From positions 1 to 64,000 of the forward strand of contig JBHJHA010000027.1 in the NCBI GenBank assembly GCA_050331235.1: a DNA stretch of 64,000 nt, written 5' to 3'. Under the pieces are notes generated by a model, which saw only the letters and a list, made by a program, of their open reading frames with translations, ran no database searches and had not been told where the DNA came from. Within the stretch, counting starts at the first letter, position 1. Every line of letters starts with the position of its first letter. Positions 30,410-40,756 of this stretch are shown here, one piece after another. The position numbers and the translations under genes are program-made. The stretch comes from Leptolyngbyaceae cyanobacterium (lineage in GTDB: Bacteria > Cyanobacteriota > Cyanobacteriia > Phormidesmidales > Phormidesmidaceae).

Positions 30410-30645
30410 GGCCAGGGACCCAACTCGTTATCTGGCGGAGCATGTGAGAAAGTCTTATCACCCTAGCTTACCTGAAGAATTTAGAGTGAACTGATTCGCA
30501 CAAATTCAGCCGTGTCAGAAGTAGTGTGCCCGGCTGCCGCTATGTTAAATAATGGCATTCACCCAAATCTTTTCGACTGTGGGGGGCCTCGTCCGGAAAG
30601 TTTACATTTTTTTTTGATGCTGGAGACCGCAGCCTCTCCTGCAAA

Positions 30646-31347
30646 TTAAGGCGCCAGTTGGACAGAGACCAATAACTGCTGGGATTCGGTAGCGCTGAGC
30701 GATCGCCATTCTCCCGGTTCTAACCCCGCAATCGTTAAGTCGCCAATGGCCAACCGCACCAGCCGCAGGGTCGGATGCCCTACCGCCGCGGTCATGCGCC
30801 GCACCTGACGATTCCGGCCTTCAGTAAGCACCATTTCTAGCCAGCAGGTGGGCACGGTTTTGCGATAGCGCACGGGCGGGTACCGGGGCGGTAGGGCCGG
30901 TTCATCGAGCAGCCGTCCTACCTGAGCAGGACGAGTGCGCTGGTCCTGTATCACCACTCCCTGACATAGCTGCGCGATCGCGGCGTCATCGGGAATGCGC
31001 TCTACCTGCACCCAGTAAGTGCGAGCATGGCCAAACTTGGGGTTACTCAGGCGATGCTGGAGCTGACCGTGATTCGTCAGCAGTAGTAATCCTTCACTAT
31101 CTCGGTCTAATCGACCTACCGGATACACTCCGGGAATGTCAATCAGGTCTTTGAGGGTCTCGCGATTGCCGACTTTATCAGTGAACTGGGACAGCATGTT
31201 GTAAGGCTTATACAACACGATATAGCGAAAAGGCGGTTCTGAAGAATTCCCGGCTTGCGGCCGACGGCGAGGCTGATAGAAAGGTTTATGGGGCTGATAA
31301 AAGGAGCCCTTGGGTTGGTAAAAGGGACGTTTGCCAGATGTGGACAC
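30646..31347 (-). CDS. rluE: rRNA pseudouridine synthase, RluE-like
   Basis: [43 protein letters not shown]. Confidence 0.9.
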   Translation of the reverse strand: MSTSGKRPFYQPKGSFYQPHKPFYQPRRRPQAGNSSEPPFRYIVLYKPYNMLSQFTDKVGNRETLKDLIDIPGVYPVGRLDRDSEGLLLLTNHGQLQHRLSNPKFGHARTYWVQVERIPDDAAIAQLCQGVVIQDQRTRPAQVGRLLDEPALPPRYPPVRYRKTVPTCWLEMVLTEGRNRQVRRMTAAVGHPTLRLVRLAIGDLTIAGLEPGEWRSLSATESQQLLVSVQLAP

Positions 31348-31483
31348 AGGAATCTCACTCGTTAGGTGATGCAGAATGTAACTGTATCTCTCGATATCTT
31401 CAAAAATATTGAGAAATGCTGCTTTCTGAAATGAGGCTTATATCCTGAGAATACTGAACGGATTGTTTTTAGCCAGCGAAATC

Positions 31484-31792
31484 ATGGATAACTTACAACG
31501 CTATCGCTTCAAATGTACGCTCACCTTTGGTGATATTTACGGTCAGGTCATCGCTTGGCTAGTTGTCTTATTGATCAGCCTAGCTGCGGCAATGGCCCTC
31601 ATGGGTGCCCGTCAGCCCCTCTATGCCTTGGTTTCTGTCGGCTTAGTATTAGTGTTGTCTTTACCGTTTCTCTTATTTGCCTTTGTCACCACATTGGTCA
31701 ATCACATCGAGTTTGTCACTGTGGACCCGCAAGCTGAGGCTTCTGGCAAAACTGCGCCTAGCTTGAGTCAGCGACCCGCTCAGGCAACTTAA
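31484..31792 (+). CDS. Small two-TM membrane protein
   Basis: CTLTFGDIYGQ..LPFLLFAFVTTL.NHIE; two hydrophobic helices. Confidence 0.8.
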   Translation: MDNLQRYRFKCTLTFGDIYGQVIAWLVVLLISLAAAMALMGARQPLYALVSVGLVLVLSLPFLLFAFVTTLVNHIEFVTVDPQAEASGKTAPSLSQRPAQAT

Positions 31793-31986
31793 CCAAGAGC
31801 GGTTTCGACCCAGCTCTGACACAATGAGACACCGTTGCCGTCATAGATTGAAGCTGGCAGGGGTGTCTCGGGTTTTGAGACGGGGCTTGCAGGGCGCTGC
31901 CACCTTGGGGCTGGAACAATCGCTGACGAGAGGGTCGCCCATGTAGGAGGATAGAACGACTGGGATGGGAGGCGAGAGCTCCAGTC

Positions 31987-32850
31987 ATGTTTTATCTAGG
32001 CTGTGCCGTGTGGGCATTTAAGGATTGGGTCGGCAGCTTTTATCCAAGGGGGGCTCGCCCGGGGGGCTTTTTGAAGCTTTACGGCGATCGCCTCACCGCG
32101 GTAGAGGGCAACACGACTTTTTACTCCATCCCTGATGCGGCCACGGTTGATCGATGGGCCGCTCAGACACCAGAGACCTTTCGATTTTGTCCTAAGATAC
32201 CGCGTGTGTACTCCCACAGCGGGGCATTACTGCCCCACTATGAAAAGATCCACCAGTTTGTGCAAACGCTACAGCGCTTGGGGGCGCGACTGGGGCCTGT
32301 GTTGTTACAACTGCCCCCGAGCTACGGTCCCGATCGCCTCAGCGACCTCGCAGCTTTGCTGCAGCGCTGGCCCCATGACCAAACGGCGATCGCGGTCGAA
32401 GTACGTCATTTAGACTGGTTTCAGCCAAAGTCAGCGGAGCAGCTCAATGCGACTCTTCAACGGCTTGGCGTGGGGCGGGTCTTGCTGGATACGCGGACCA
32501 TGTATGACGGTCAGTCAGAGGGGCTACCCGATCCGCAACTGACCTCCCAGCGGCGAAAACCCCAGGTGCCCTTGCAACCAGTCGTAACCGCCGACTTTTG
32601 CCTGCTGCGTTACATTAGCCATCCCGACCGACCTTTCAATGAGCCCTATTTACAAGCGTGGGTGCCGCGGTTGGTCGATTGGCTGCAAGCCGGCAAAACG
32701 GTCTATCTATTTGTGCACTGTCCAGACGAGTCTCAATCCCCCGCAATTGCCCGATATTTTTATGACCTGATCAAAGCGGCCTACCCAGAGTTGCCGCCGC
32801 TGCCGTGGGAGATGGTCGCGCAGCCCGCAGCTCAACTTACTCTGTTTTAA
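31987..32850 (+). CDS. DUF72 domain protein
   Basis: YLGCAVW..W.G.FYP, VEGNTTFY, LQLPPS, AVEVRH. Confidence 0.92.
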   Translation: MFYLGCAVWAFKDWVGSFYPRGARPGGFLKLYGDRLTAVEGNTTFYSIPDAATVDRWAAQTPETFRFCPKIPRVYSHSGALLPHYEKIHQFVQTLQRLGARLGPVLLQLPPSYGPDRLSDLAALLQRWPHDQTAIAVEVRHLDWFQPKSAEQLNATLQRLGVGRVLLDTRTMYDGQSEGLPDPQLTSQRRKPQVPLQPVVTADFCLLRYISHPDRPFNEPYLQAWVPRLVDWLQAGKTVYLFVHCPDESQSPAIARYFYDLIKAAYPELPPLPWEMVAQPAAQLTLF

Positions 32851-33619
32851 GCTGTTGCCGCCGCAGACGTACCGCTACCAACGAAGCCACTAAAGTAACT
32901 GTCGCCGCAATTGCCATCAGCAAGATCGGGAGCGTATCAGCATGGCGCACGGCGATCGCGATGTAGGCCCACACATATACCAAGGTAAAAGGAATATCTC
33001 GCCGGGTAAAAATGACGACAAGTGCAATCACAGCGCTGGCTAAAATCATGACCACAGTCCAGCCCACATCCCCTAGGCCGGCACTCCACCCCGCCACAAA
33101 TAAGGCCGAAGCCACATTCACAATTGTTGCCACTGAAATCCAAGCAAGATAAATGCTGAAGGGATAGTATGCCAGCCAGCGACGACGGCGATCGGCACGA
33201 TCCATCCGCAGCACCAAGTAGGCCGCAATGAGCGGCAGCAAGATGCCCAACATGGCCACAATCGACCAGGCAAAATACTGCAGCGTAAATAAAAAGATCC
33301 AAACGATTTGCGCTACACAGGCGACAATCAGCAACCAGTCAACGGGGCGAATAATGGGATCGCGGCGCTGGCTGGGTTCCAGTTGGTAGACTCCATAAGC
33401 AATCAGCCCTAGATAAATCAAGCCCCAAATGGCAAAGGCGTAGTTGGCTGGGGTAATCAAAACACCAGACAGGGTGGTGTTGGCAATTTCGCCCACATTT
33501 TGTCCCCCCGGGGGATAAAAGTTAGACAGTGTATTGATAGCCAGCGTGCCAAGAATCGCAATGATGGTAGCGATCGCTAGCCCCCAGCCGGGTTTATTGG
33601 TTGATGTGGACGTAGCCAT
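32837..33619 (-). CDS. TspO/MBR-related tryptophan-rich membrane protein
   Basis: ITPANYAFAIWGLIY, PFSIYLAWISVATIVN. Confidence 0.82.
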   Translation of the reverse strand: MATSTSTNKPGWGLAIATIIAILGTLAINTLSNFYPPGGQNVGEIANTTLSGVLITPANYAFAIWGLIYLGLIAYGVYQLEPSQRRDPIIRPVDWLLIVACVAQIVWIFLFTLQYFAWSIVAMLGILLPLIAAYLVLRMDRADRRRRWLAYYPFSIYLAWISVATIVNVASALFVAGWSAGLGDVGWTVVMILASAVIALVVIFTRRDIPFTLVYVWAYIAIAVRHADTLPILLMAIAATVTLVASLVAVRLRRQQLKTE

Positions 33620-33993
33620 AACGAACCTGCAGTTCACTTCCCCTATCCTGCCGTATTTCGGGGCATTTACTGGTATGTCAAAAGCCAGAAGTCCCAGGAG
33701 GGCAAGCATCAAATAGGCAGGCTAAAGGCGCGATGAATGGGTAAGTCAGAACGCTCAGGCAACAGTCTCCATCAATAGAGCCGGCCGAGAAGACCATATC
33801 TAAAAGGCATGACTTTTTTCTGACACCTTTTGGACTGCCACACCGTCAGTTATCAAATCACCAGGACAGATTTACTATAGAAGGGTCACAGGCTGGTTTA
33901 AACTTGCCGGGCGGCTCTTAATTTTGCTCTGTGCGGTGTGCCTAGAGTTTCCAGCGTCACGATTTTCTTTGGTGTGTCCCGTGGTCTAAGCTT

Positions 33994-34413
33994 GTGCTCC
34001 CTTTCGAATTTATCTTGCCGGGTCGGCCGGTGTCGTTTCAAACCAAAGATAAGTCGAAACTCCAAGCCTGGATGACGATGGTAGAAACGGTGGCAAACCA
34101 ACAGTGGCAGAGCGATCGCCCCCATGACGATTATGTGCGCATCAAGCTGACTTACTATTTTGACGCGCCCAGTGGCAAGGAGGACAGCGTTCCCGATAGC
34201 GACAACATCATCAAGCCAGTGCGGGAAGCCCTCACCGGAGTTGTGTTTGAACGTGCCTACTTAGCCACCGATGTGGTGAGCCGTCGCAAAAACCTCAACG
34301 GCTCATTTCGAGTTAGGGGGATGTCGGCAATACTGGCGGAAGGCTTTATTCAGGGAGTAGAATTTGTGCATGTTAAGATTGAGTGCGCTCCAGATCCCGC
34401 TGATTTGAGCTAG
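33994..34413 (+). CDS. RusA family endodeoxyribonuclease
   Basis: PGRPVS..W; PDSDNIIKP..EAL.G (RusA DxDN..K motif). Confidence 0.82.
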   Translation: MLPFEFILPGRPVSFQTKDKSKLQAWMTMVETVANQQWQSDRPHDDYVRIKLTYYFDAPSGKEDSVPDSDNIIKPVREALTGVVFERAYLATDVVSRRKNLNGSFRVRGMSAILAEGFIQGVEFVHVKIECAPDPADLS

Positions 34414-34438
34414 TGAGTTCTTGCCAGTTGTCGCCTTT

Positions 34439-34771
34439 ATGAGTTACCGCAATCATCAATCGAGCTTAGAGCACCGCCGGGTGCTCAAGTTAGCCCGTGA
34501 ATATCGCAGTGAAGGGTACGACGTCACGGTTTATCCCAAGGCCGCTGAACTTCCTGAGGCCCTATCTAAATGCCCTTTAGATTTGATTGCTAAGGGAGCC
34601 GATCGCGTTATTGCCATCGAAGTTCGCACCCGCGAAAGCTTAACTTTGAATGGCTTTGAAGATTTACGTCGGATGGCTGAAAAGATCAAGGATATTCCCG
34701 ACTGGATTTTTGAACTGGTGGTCACCAATCCACGCAAGCCGCAGCCGCAAAACGTGGAAAGTTCCACTTGA
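34439..34771 (+). CDS. REase_AHJR-like PD-(D/E)xK fold protein
   Basis: LAREYRSEGYDV..DLIAKG....IEVR..W.FELVV. Confidence 0.72.
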   Translation: MSYRNHQSSLEHRRVLKLAREYRSEGYDVTVYPKAAELPEALSKCPLDLIAKGADRVIAIEVRTRESLTLNGFEDLRRMAEKIKDIPDWIFELVVTNPRKPQPQNVESST

Positions 34772-34970
34772 ACGGTTTTCTCTAAGCATTGAGCCGCCCG
34801 CTCAGCGATGACGTCGGCCCTCCTTTTTGTCTCGAATGGCCCTGGGTAATCCGCCTCGCCAAAATCTTTACCGTCGGCGACGTCCTACCCTAGCCAAGAT
34901 GCCTCAAGCATGGGGGGGATGGTCTCCTCACGTCGCATCCCCTGCCCGCGCTTAATCAACCCAGTTTTGC

Positions 34971-35618
34971 CTAGCCGCGATCGCTAGCCGCGTCATCCAA
35001 TTGGCCCACCAGATTATTGAGCGCAGACATCAGTGCATTCCCCCCCAAAATGTATGAGGAATGGGCGATGAGAGAGGTTTCCATTTGGGTATTGCCTGCC
35101 AGTAGCCCCATGCCGATTGCCGTTTGTAGCGTGCCCAGAGCGAGGTCGCGACGGCGCTGCTTTTTGGGTTTGCGGCTTAGTTTGGCCGTTTGACGATATT
35201 GCTTAGCGATCGCCGGACTGACTTTGAGAAAGGCAGTTTGCAGGTCTTCTGTAGCCTGAACGGGCTGATCCTCATCAGGAGTGGTCAAAAAGTAAGCCAC
35301 AATTTTATCGAGTTCTTTGCGGCTGATGCCGAGCGGGTGCACTGTGCGTAACTCAACGGTGAGTAGTGGGTCAGCGTTTTTGATAAGCTCAGCGCGTACG
35401 TCTTCGGCCGAGCGATCTCGGCTCGCGATCGCCCGGGCAATGAGCGCCTCTAACTCAGTCACGACCTCTTGTGACTTGAGGCAATCAATTACGCGCTTTT
35501 CTGCTTTGGTTAGCTGCTGCTCTTTTTTTGACCAGGATGTTTGCTTGTGGCCGTAATTGTCCACTGCGGTTTGCCATTGACGCAGTGCCACGAGCAATTT
35601 AGCGATCTCCGATGCCAT
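34971..35618 (-). CDS. Hypothetical protein
   Basis: 215-aa ORF starting 14 bp after msrP; helical with a hydrophobic C-terminal hairpin. Confidence 0.75.
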   Translation of the reverse strand: MASEIAKLLVALRQWQTAVDNYGHKQTSWSKKEQQLTKAEKRVIDCLKSQEVVTELEALIARAIASRDRSAEDVRAELIKNADPLLTVELRTVHPLGISRKELDKIVAYFLTTPDEDQPVQATEDLQTAFLKVSPAIAKQYRQTAKLSRKPKKQRRRDLALGTLQTAIGMGLLAGNTQMETSLIAHSSYILGGNALMSALNNLVGQLDDAASDRG

Positions 35619-35632
35619 ACCGATGGAAGCTC

Positions 35633-36622
35633 CTAAGCGTACAGGTCGGCGACATAGTCGCCGTAACCGTTGTAAATGATAGTGTCTTGGCGTTCCCAGT
35701 CAAATGGGTTGCTGTTGCTGTCGACAATCTTCTCTTTTTGTTGCGACCAGCGCGGGTGAGGGATCTCAGGGTTCACATTCGCCTCAAACCCATATTCATT
35801 GGGAGAGACGGTATTCCAGTAAGTTGCGGGTTGGTCTTTGGTGAACTCTATTTTGACGATGGACTTTGCCCCCTTAAAGCCATATTTCCAAGGCACCACC
35901 ATGCGAACCGGCGCGCCGTGCTGTTTGGGCAGGGTGCGTCCATAGATACCGACGGCAAAAAACGCCAGTTCGTTCGCCATTTCTTTAACCGTTAGGGCTT
36001 CTACGTAGGGCCACGGCAAATTCATCGTGAAGCCCCAGGTAGGACCTTGGGTAATGTCTGGATCAAAAAAGGAGGTGAAGCTAACAAACTGGGCGTCGCT
36101 CGTAGGTTCGACCTCATCCATCAGGGCCTTCATGGGAAAGCCAATCCACGGCACCACCATGGCCCAGGCCTCCACACAGCGAAACCGATAGACCCGCTCC
36201 TCAAGGGGAAAGCGATTGAGCAGATCGTCGCGGTCGTACTTACGGGGGTTTTTGACTAAGCCACCAACGTCCACAGTCCAGGGATCGGTAGGCAGCTTTT
36301 GGGCCTCGGCCCAAATATTTTTAGTGCCGCCAAATTCATAAAAGTTGTTGTAGCTGCTGGCATATTGTTGCTCAGTGATGGAGCGCCCCGCATCTTCAAA
36401 GGCGGCATTAACCTGCACATTGCTGATGGGTAGCCCCAGGGTTTCGCGCAGTTTGAGCTCTCTGGAGCCCGTTTGCTGACATCCAAGCACAGATACCGCC
36501 GTGGCTCCAATTCCAGCGCCCACCAGCCGCTTAATAAGTTTGCGACGGTTCCAATAGGTTGACTCGGGGGTAATGATATTTTCCGAGAGCTGCCAGGATT
36601 TGGGGATATGGATAAAGCTCAT
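35633..36622 (-). CDS. msrP: Protein-methionine-sulfoxide reductase catalytic subunit
   Basis: Tat signal NRRKLI; YNNFYEFG, RFRCVEAW, PWKYGFKGAKSI, HPRWSQ. Confidence 0.95.
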   Translation of the reverse strand: MSFIHIPKSWQLSENIITPESTYWNRRKLIKRLVGAGIGATAVSVLGCQQTGSRELKLRETLGLPISNVQVNAAFEDAGRSITEQQYASSYNNFYEFGGTKNIWAEAQKLPTDPWTVDVGGLVKNPRKYDRDDLLNRFPLEERVYRFRCVEAWAMVVPWIGFPMKALMDEVEPTSDAQFVSFTSFFDPDITQGPTWGFTMNLPWPYVEALTVKEMANELAFFAVGIYGRTLPKQHGAPVRMVVPWKYGFKGAKSIVKIEFTKDQPATYWNTVSPNEYGFEANVNPEIPHPRWSQQKEKIVDSNSNPFDWERQDTIIYNGYGDYVADLYA

Positions 36623-36718
36623 GGGCGATCGCTGATTGCAAGAGGGCCTCTGCCGTCGATTGTGGCATTTTTTGCCAGCGATGGCGGCAGGCGATCGCCC
36701 AGGTCTTTGCTGGGGCAA

Positions 36719-37993
36719 TTATTTGGACTCCATCGAACTCCGAGGATTAGACGCCCCCCGGCGACTTAGATTATAGGCCTGGGACAGAGCCTTTTTGCGC
36801 GCTCGCATCGTATCACCCCGGGCATAGTCCTGTTCCAAATCGTCGAGGGCTGCCTGTTCCGCTGCGGTATTGGGCGACATCGGCATTGCCTTCAAAGCGC
36901 GCTGAGCTGACTGAAGGGCACTGGTGGCTGCCCCCAAGTTGCCGGCATCGGAGTGGGCGATCGCCTCCTGACGCGCCCGAGCCACCATAAGTAATGCCAC
37001 CTGTTCTTGCACGGTTGGGTTGGCGGGAAAATCGCTGAACTGTTCGGCTGTGACCACGGGTAACGTTAATTCATTGTTGGCGGTGAGCCGCCCCGACGCC
37101 TGAACATCATGCCAGGATAGCTGCACCGTAAGCAGATTGGTTGGAGTCGTTAAGGCTGGTACCTGCAAGCGTGCCACAACGTTGATCGGCGCGCCAATGA
37201 CCAAATTGGGCAGCTGATATTGCTGGGTCGCAGTCCGGTCAAAGTCATTTAGCACATCCAAAACCTTTGCCCCATGTTGGGGTTGAATGTCCAAGGTGAC
37301 TTGTTGTCCCAAAGTAGCCGTGAGCCCTGACAGTTCAGTTTCAAAAATCTCAGGGAGTTGGTCGGCAGACTCGATGTGAAAAAAGTTGCCGTCGCCACTT
37401 GCTGCCATCGCCGCTAGCAGGTCTTCGTTATACCCCTGACCGATGCCCAAGGTGCTGGTGCTGATGCCGCGCTGGGCCAGACCGTGAACATCATCCGCGA
37501 TCGCATCGGGGTACGTTTCCCCTACGTTGGCTTTGCCGTCGGACAACACTACGATGCGGTTGAGCTGATGGGGATTGAGATATTGTCCAGCTTGGAGGCC
37601 ACCTTCAACCCAGCCGGCGTGTAGTGCCGTCGAGCCCCCAGCTCGAATCTGCCGAATCGTCTGTAACAGAGCCGGCTTGTCTGTAGCCAAGGTGCTCGGA
37701 ATGAGCGTCTCTACCCGATCGCAAAATAGAACCACACTGAGGCGATCGCTGGGCAACAAATTTTCCACCGCAAAGCAGGCAGCTGCAATAGCCTGTTCAA
37801 TCTTGGGGCCACTCATCGACCCCGAACGGTCAATAACCAAACTGAGGTTGAGGGGTGAGCGGGCGGTTGCTTGGGGGCGATTTTGGGGAGTGATGCGAAT
37901 CAGCACATCTAGGGTCATGGCGCGCTGGACCGCGATCGCTCCATATAAGGGCAGTAATTCAATCGTTGGGAGGGTAAATGAAGCTGGGGTCAT
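36719..37993 (-). CDS. VWA domain protein (YfbK-like)
   Basis: MIDAS DRSGSM, GSTAL, LSDGKAN; ATGA overlap with the upstream regulator. Confidence 0.9.
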   Translation of the reverse strand: MTPASFTLPTIELLPLYGAIAVQRAMTLDVLIRITPQNRPQATARSPLNLSLVIDRSGSMSGPKIEQAIAAACFAVENLLPSDRLSVVLFCDRVETLIPSTLATDKPALLQTIRQIRAGGSTALHAGWVEGGLQAGQYLNPHQLNRIVVLSDGKANVGETYPDAIADDVHGLAQRGISTSTLGIGQGYNEDLLAAMAASGDGNFFHIESADQLPEIFETELSGLTATLGQQVTLDIQPQHGAKVLDVLNDFDRTATQQYQLPNLVIGAPINVVARLQVPALTTPTNLLTVQLSWHDVQASGRLTANNELTLPVVTAEQFSDFPANPTVQEQVALLMVARARQEAIAHSDAGNLGAATSALQSAQRALKAMPMSPNTAAEQAALDDLEQDYARGDTMRARKKALSQAYNLSRRGASNPRSSMESK

Positions 37994-38646
37994 GGTGGGT
38001 TTCTCCGAGATGCGTTGAGCTGGGTTAATGATTGGGCAATTAATTGCAGTAGACGGTCTCGCTCGTGGGAGGTCGCCGGGGGCACAAAATCTTCGCGAAC
38101 ATGGAGCTCCAGCCCGGTCAAGATTTGGAGTCGAGTCCAAGTCGGCGGCGGCCCTGATGGCTCCTCTTGAAAAGCGGTGCTGGGAGGGCTAGCTGCACGG
38201 GCAGGAGAACTGGGGGCTGGCGCAGCTCGTTTTATCGGTTTGGCGCGATCGCGAATTTCGGTCAAAAACGACAGCGCTGGATTCGCAGCTTCAACCGTGA
38301 GCTGAGCGCCCCCTTGCAAGATTTGTTCGAAAGCTGAGTTGGGTTGTCCGCCAATCAGCTTATCCATCGAGCTAATGCTGTATCCCTCCGCCAATAAACG
38401 ACGTAGCACTAACAATTGCAGTAGATGTCGATAGGTATAGCGAGCCTCGCGCCCCATCTTGAGGGGCCGGTCCAAGAGTCCCTGGGTCGTGTAGTGCCTC
38501 ACCAGTCGCGAGTTCACAGACTCTTGACCGCGGCTACCGGAGACCGACTCCGGCAAAAACTGCGGCAAGAGCATATTAGTCACTTCAACGAAGCGATCCA
38601 GGGGGAACTGCGGCTGTTCTTGAGCGAACTGTTGCAACGTTTCCAT
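37990..38646 (-). CDS. MerR-family HTH regulator
   Basis: RLVRHYTTQGLLDRP....EARYTYRHLLQL..LRRL..EG. Confidence 0.88.
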   Translation of the reverse strand: METLQQFAQEQPQFPLDRFVEVTNMLLPQFLPESVSGSRGQESVNSRLVRHYTTQGLLDRPLKMGREARYTYRHLLQLLVLRRLLAEGYSISSMDKLIGGQPNSAFEQILQGGAQLTVEAANPALSFLTEIRDRAKPIKRAAPAPSSPARAASPPSTAFQEEPSGPPPTWTRLQILTGLELHVREDFVPPATSHERDRLLQLIAQSLTQLNASRRNPP

Positions 38647-38752
38647 GGCGCCATTCTAGATGCTGACAACAAAAAGTGTCAATGACATTTTTTAATGGCA
38701 ATAAATGATTGGAAACCAATCGAACGATTTATGGAACTGGCGCGCTACGGGC

Positions 38753-40417
38753 TCAAGGCAGAAATTCATCTACCGCTGGGGGCAGTTCACGCACTAGGTG
38801 AAAATCGAACGGCGCCTGACTCGTGGTTTCGACGTAGGCCGGGGTCAGGTAGGGCGCAAATTCAGTTTGATCGGCTAGGTAAATTTTGCTGAAGGCCACG
38901 ATTAACGCTTTGTTGAGATTGCGGCTAATCACCATCCCTTCATCAATGCCTTGCTCAAACTGCTGCTCTAAGTTGAAAAGTCGGCTCGTTAGTCCCGTAA
39001 AGCCCGGACTGTGGGAAGTGTTTTCCGCCAGGTAGAGATACTTATCACTCCCGGATAACCAGCTAAAAGTCGTCACCTGCTGGGGCACTACCGGAGCCAA
39101 AATATCAAAGGCTCCACCTTCCATCATGACGGGCACCTGAATTTGGCTGATGCCAGTCTCTCCAAAAATATTGCTCACCGGGGAAAACGCCATAACTAAA
39201 GCAACTCGGCGATCGCGGACGCCCTCAACCCCCAGCTGCTAAACGATCGCGGGGTCATCCTGGAGTTCCAGGGCGCGGCACTCCAGCACCATGGCGGCAT
39301 CGATCACGATGTTGGCATTGGGGTCACAGCGCTCAGTCAAACGAGCAAAATCGATGGTGGCGCCCCCCAAGGCCAAGACGGTATATTCCCCGAAGGAATG
39401 TCCGGCAACAGCCACTTGCTCAAGATTTAGTCGGCCTTGATATTGGGTAGCGTTCAGCCGTTCTAGCTCATCCAGCAGGAAGGTGATATCCAGCGGTCGA
39501 TTGAGAAAGTCGCGGGCATCAAAGTATTCATCGGTGAGCCCCGCAAATAATGCTTGGCGATAGTCCAGGTTGCTCCCGACGTGATCGGGCAGGGCTACGG
39601 CAAAGCCATGGGAAGCGACGTGACGGGCAATGTCAAAAAAACTGCTGCGGGTGTCTCCTAACCCGTGGGAGAGGACCAGCACCGGCCAAGGTTCACGGGC
39701 CGGGTCGACTCGCTGCGGCCAAAACAGCGTTGCGGGATAGGTGCGATCGCCCCGGGCCGCATCTTGCAGGGTAAGGTCTTGCTGCTGTACGGAGTAGGGG
39801 CCCGGTTGAATGAGGTCGGGTCGCCCGGAAAGATCGGGTAGGGGATTGGCGGCCGCTGCCGTCTGGGAAGCTTGCTTGACCGCTTCTACTACCGCAAGGG
39901 CGCGATCGGCCTCGGCAATCACTTCCCGCGTACTGCGAATTAGCAACGGGAGGTCAACGCGCAGCACCTCAGTGGGATAGTGGCGCATGATATCGAGCGC
40001 CGATGTTTGGCCATCTTCGGCCGCTGCACTGATAATGGCTGCGCGCAACGCCATTTGACCGTTGAGCCGCGCCCCAGTAGGAAATAAGCGCCCGACAAAC
40101 TGTAACGTGCGCTCGCCCATGGGAGCGTAATACCAGCGAGACAGGGCGACTACATCGGCTTCCCGCTCAGCGGTGAGTGCCTGACGCAAGTCAGCCTGGC
40201 GCTCCGGACTCAACCGAGATAAAAACTGCGCTAGGTCTGAAGTTTCGTCCCCTTGTTCGGCATAGGCGGTGAGGTCATCAACTGCAACTGAGCGGCTAAA
40301 GGGACCAAAATCGAAGACAACTGTTTCCGCGGCGGCAGTTGGCAGTGCCCCGAGGGCGATCGCGGTCAGCCCACCAAGGAAGGCACTGACTTCTTGCCGC
40401 GTCAATGATCTAGGCAT
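38753..40417 (-). pseudogene. DUF1400 + alpha/beta hydrolase, split by one in-frame TAG
   Basis: DDPAIV*QLGVEGVRDRRVALVMAFSP reads through 39239-39241 into ORF 38753-39193; SHGLG and GHSFG motifs. Confidence 0.85.
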
Positions 40418-40756
40418 AGCCCCTGCAAATCCCCATCATTTGCCTGCAGGATAGTCGAAATCGTTAAAGGTTGGATTAATGCCACTGCCGACCAAGGGGA
40501 ACAGGGAGAGAACCCGTCGGTGACCACAAAGGGGCACGGGAACGCTCTGAAAGTCTGAATTTACGAACCGCTGATCATGTTTTATCCTCCCTCTCCAACC
40601 GACTACTCAGTATTTCAATTCGCTGGCCATATCCGGCAGGTAAGCATAGGCAAAGGCCAAAAGTGTCGCCTAGGATACGCTCACTTGAAAGAGTAACGAC
40701 TTGTAACAGAGAATGAGGATAAAGCTTTAGCTGTTACTTCTATATCTTCGACTTTT

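Noticed and set aside
30606..30643. Hairpin after rluE
   Set aside because: The T run is on the wrong side for a terminator on either strand.
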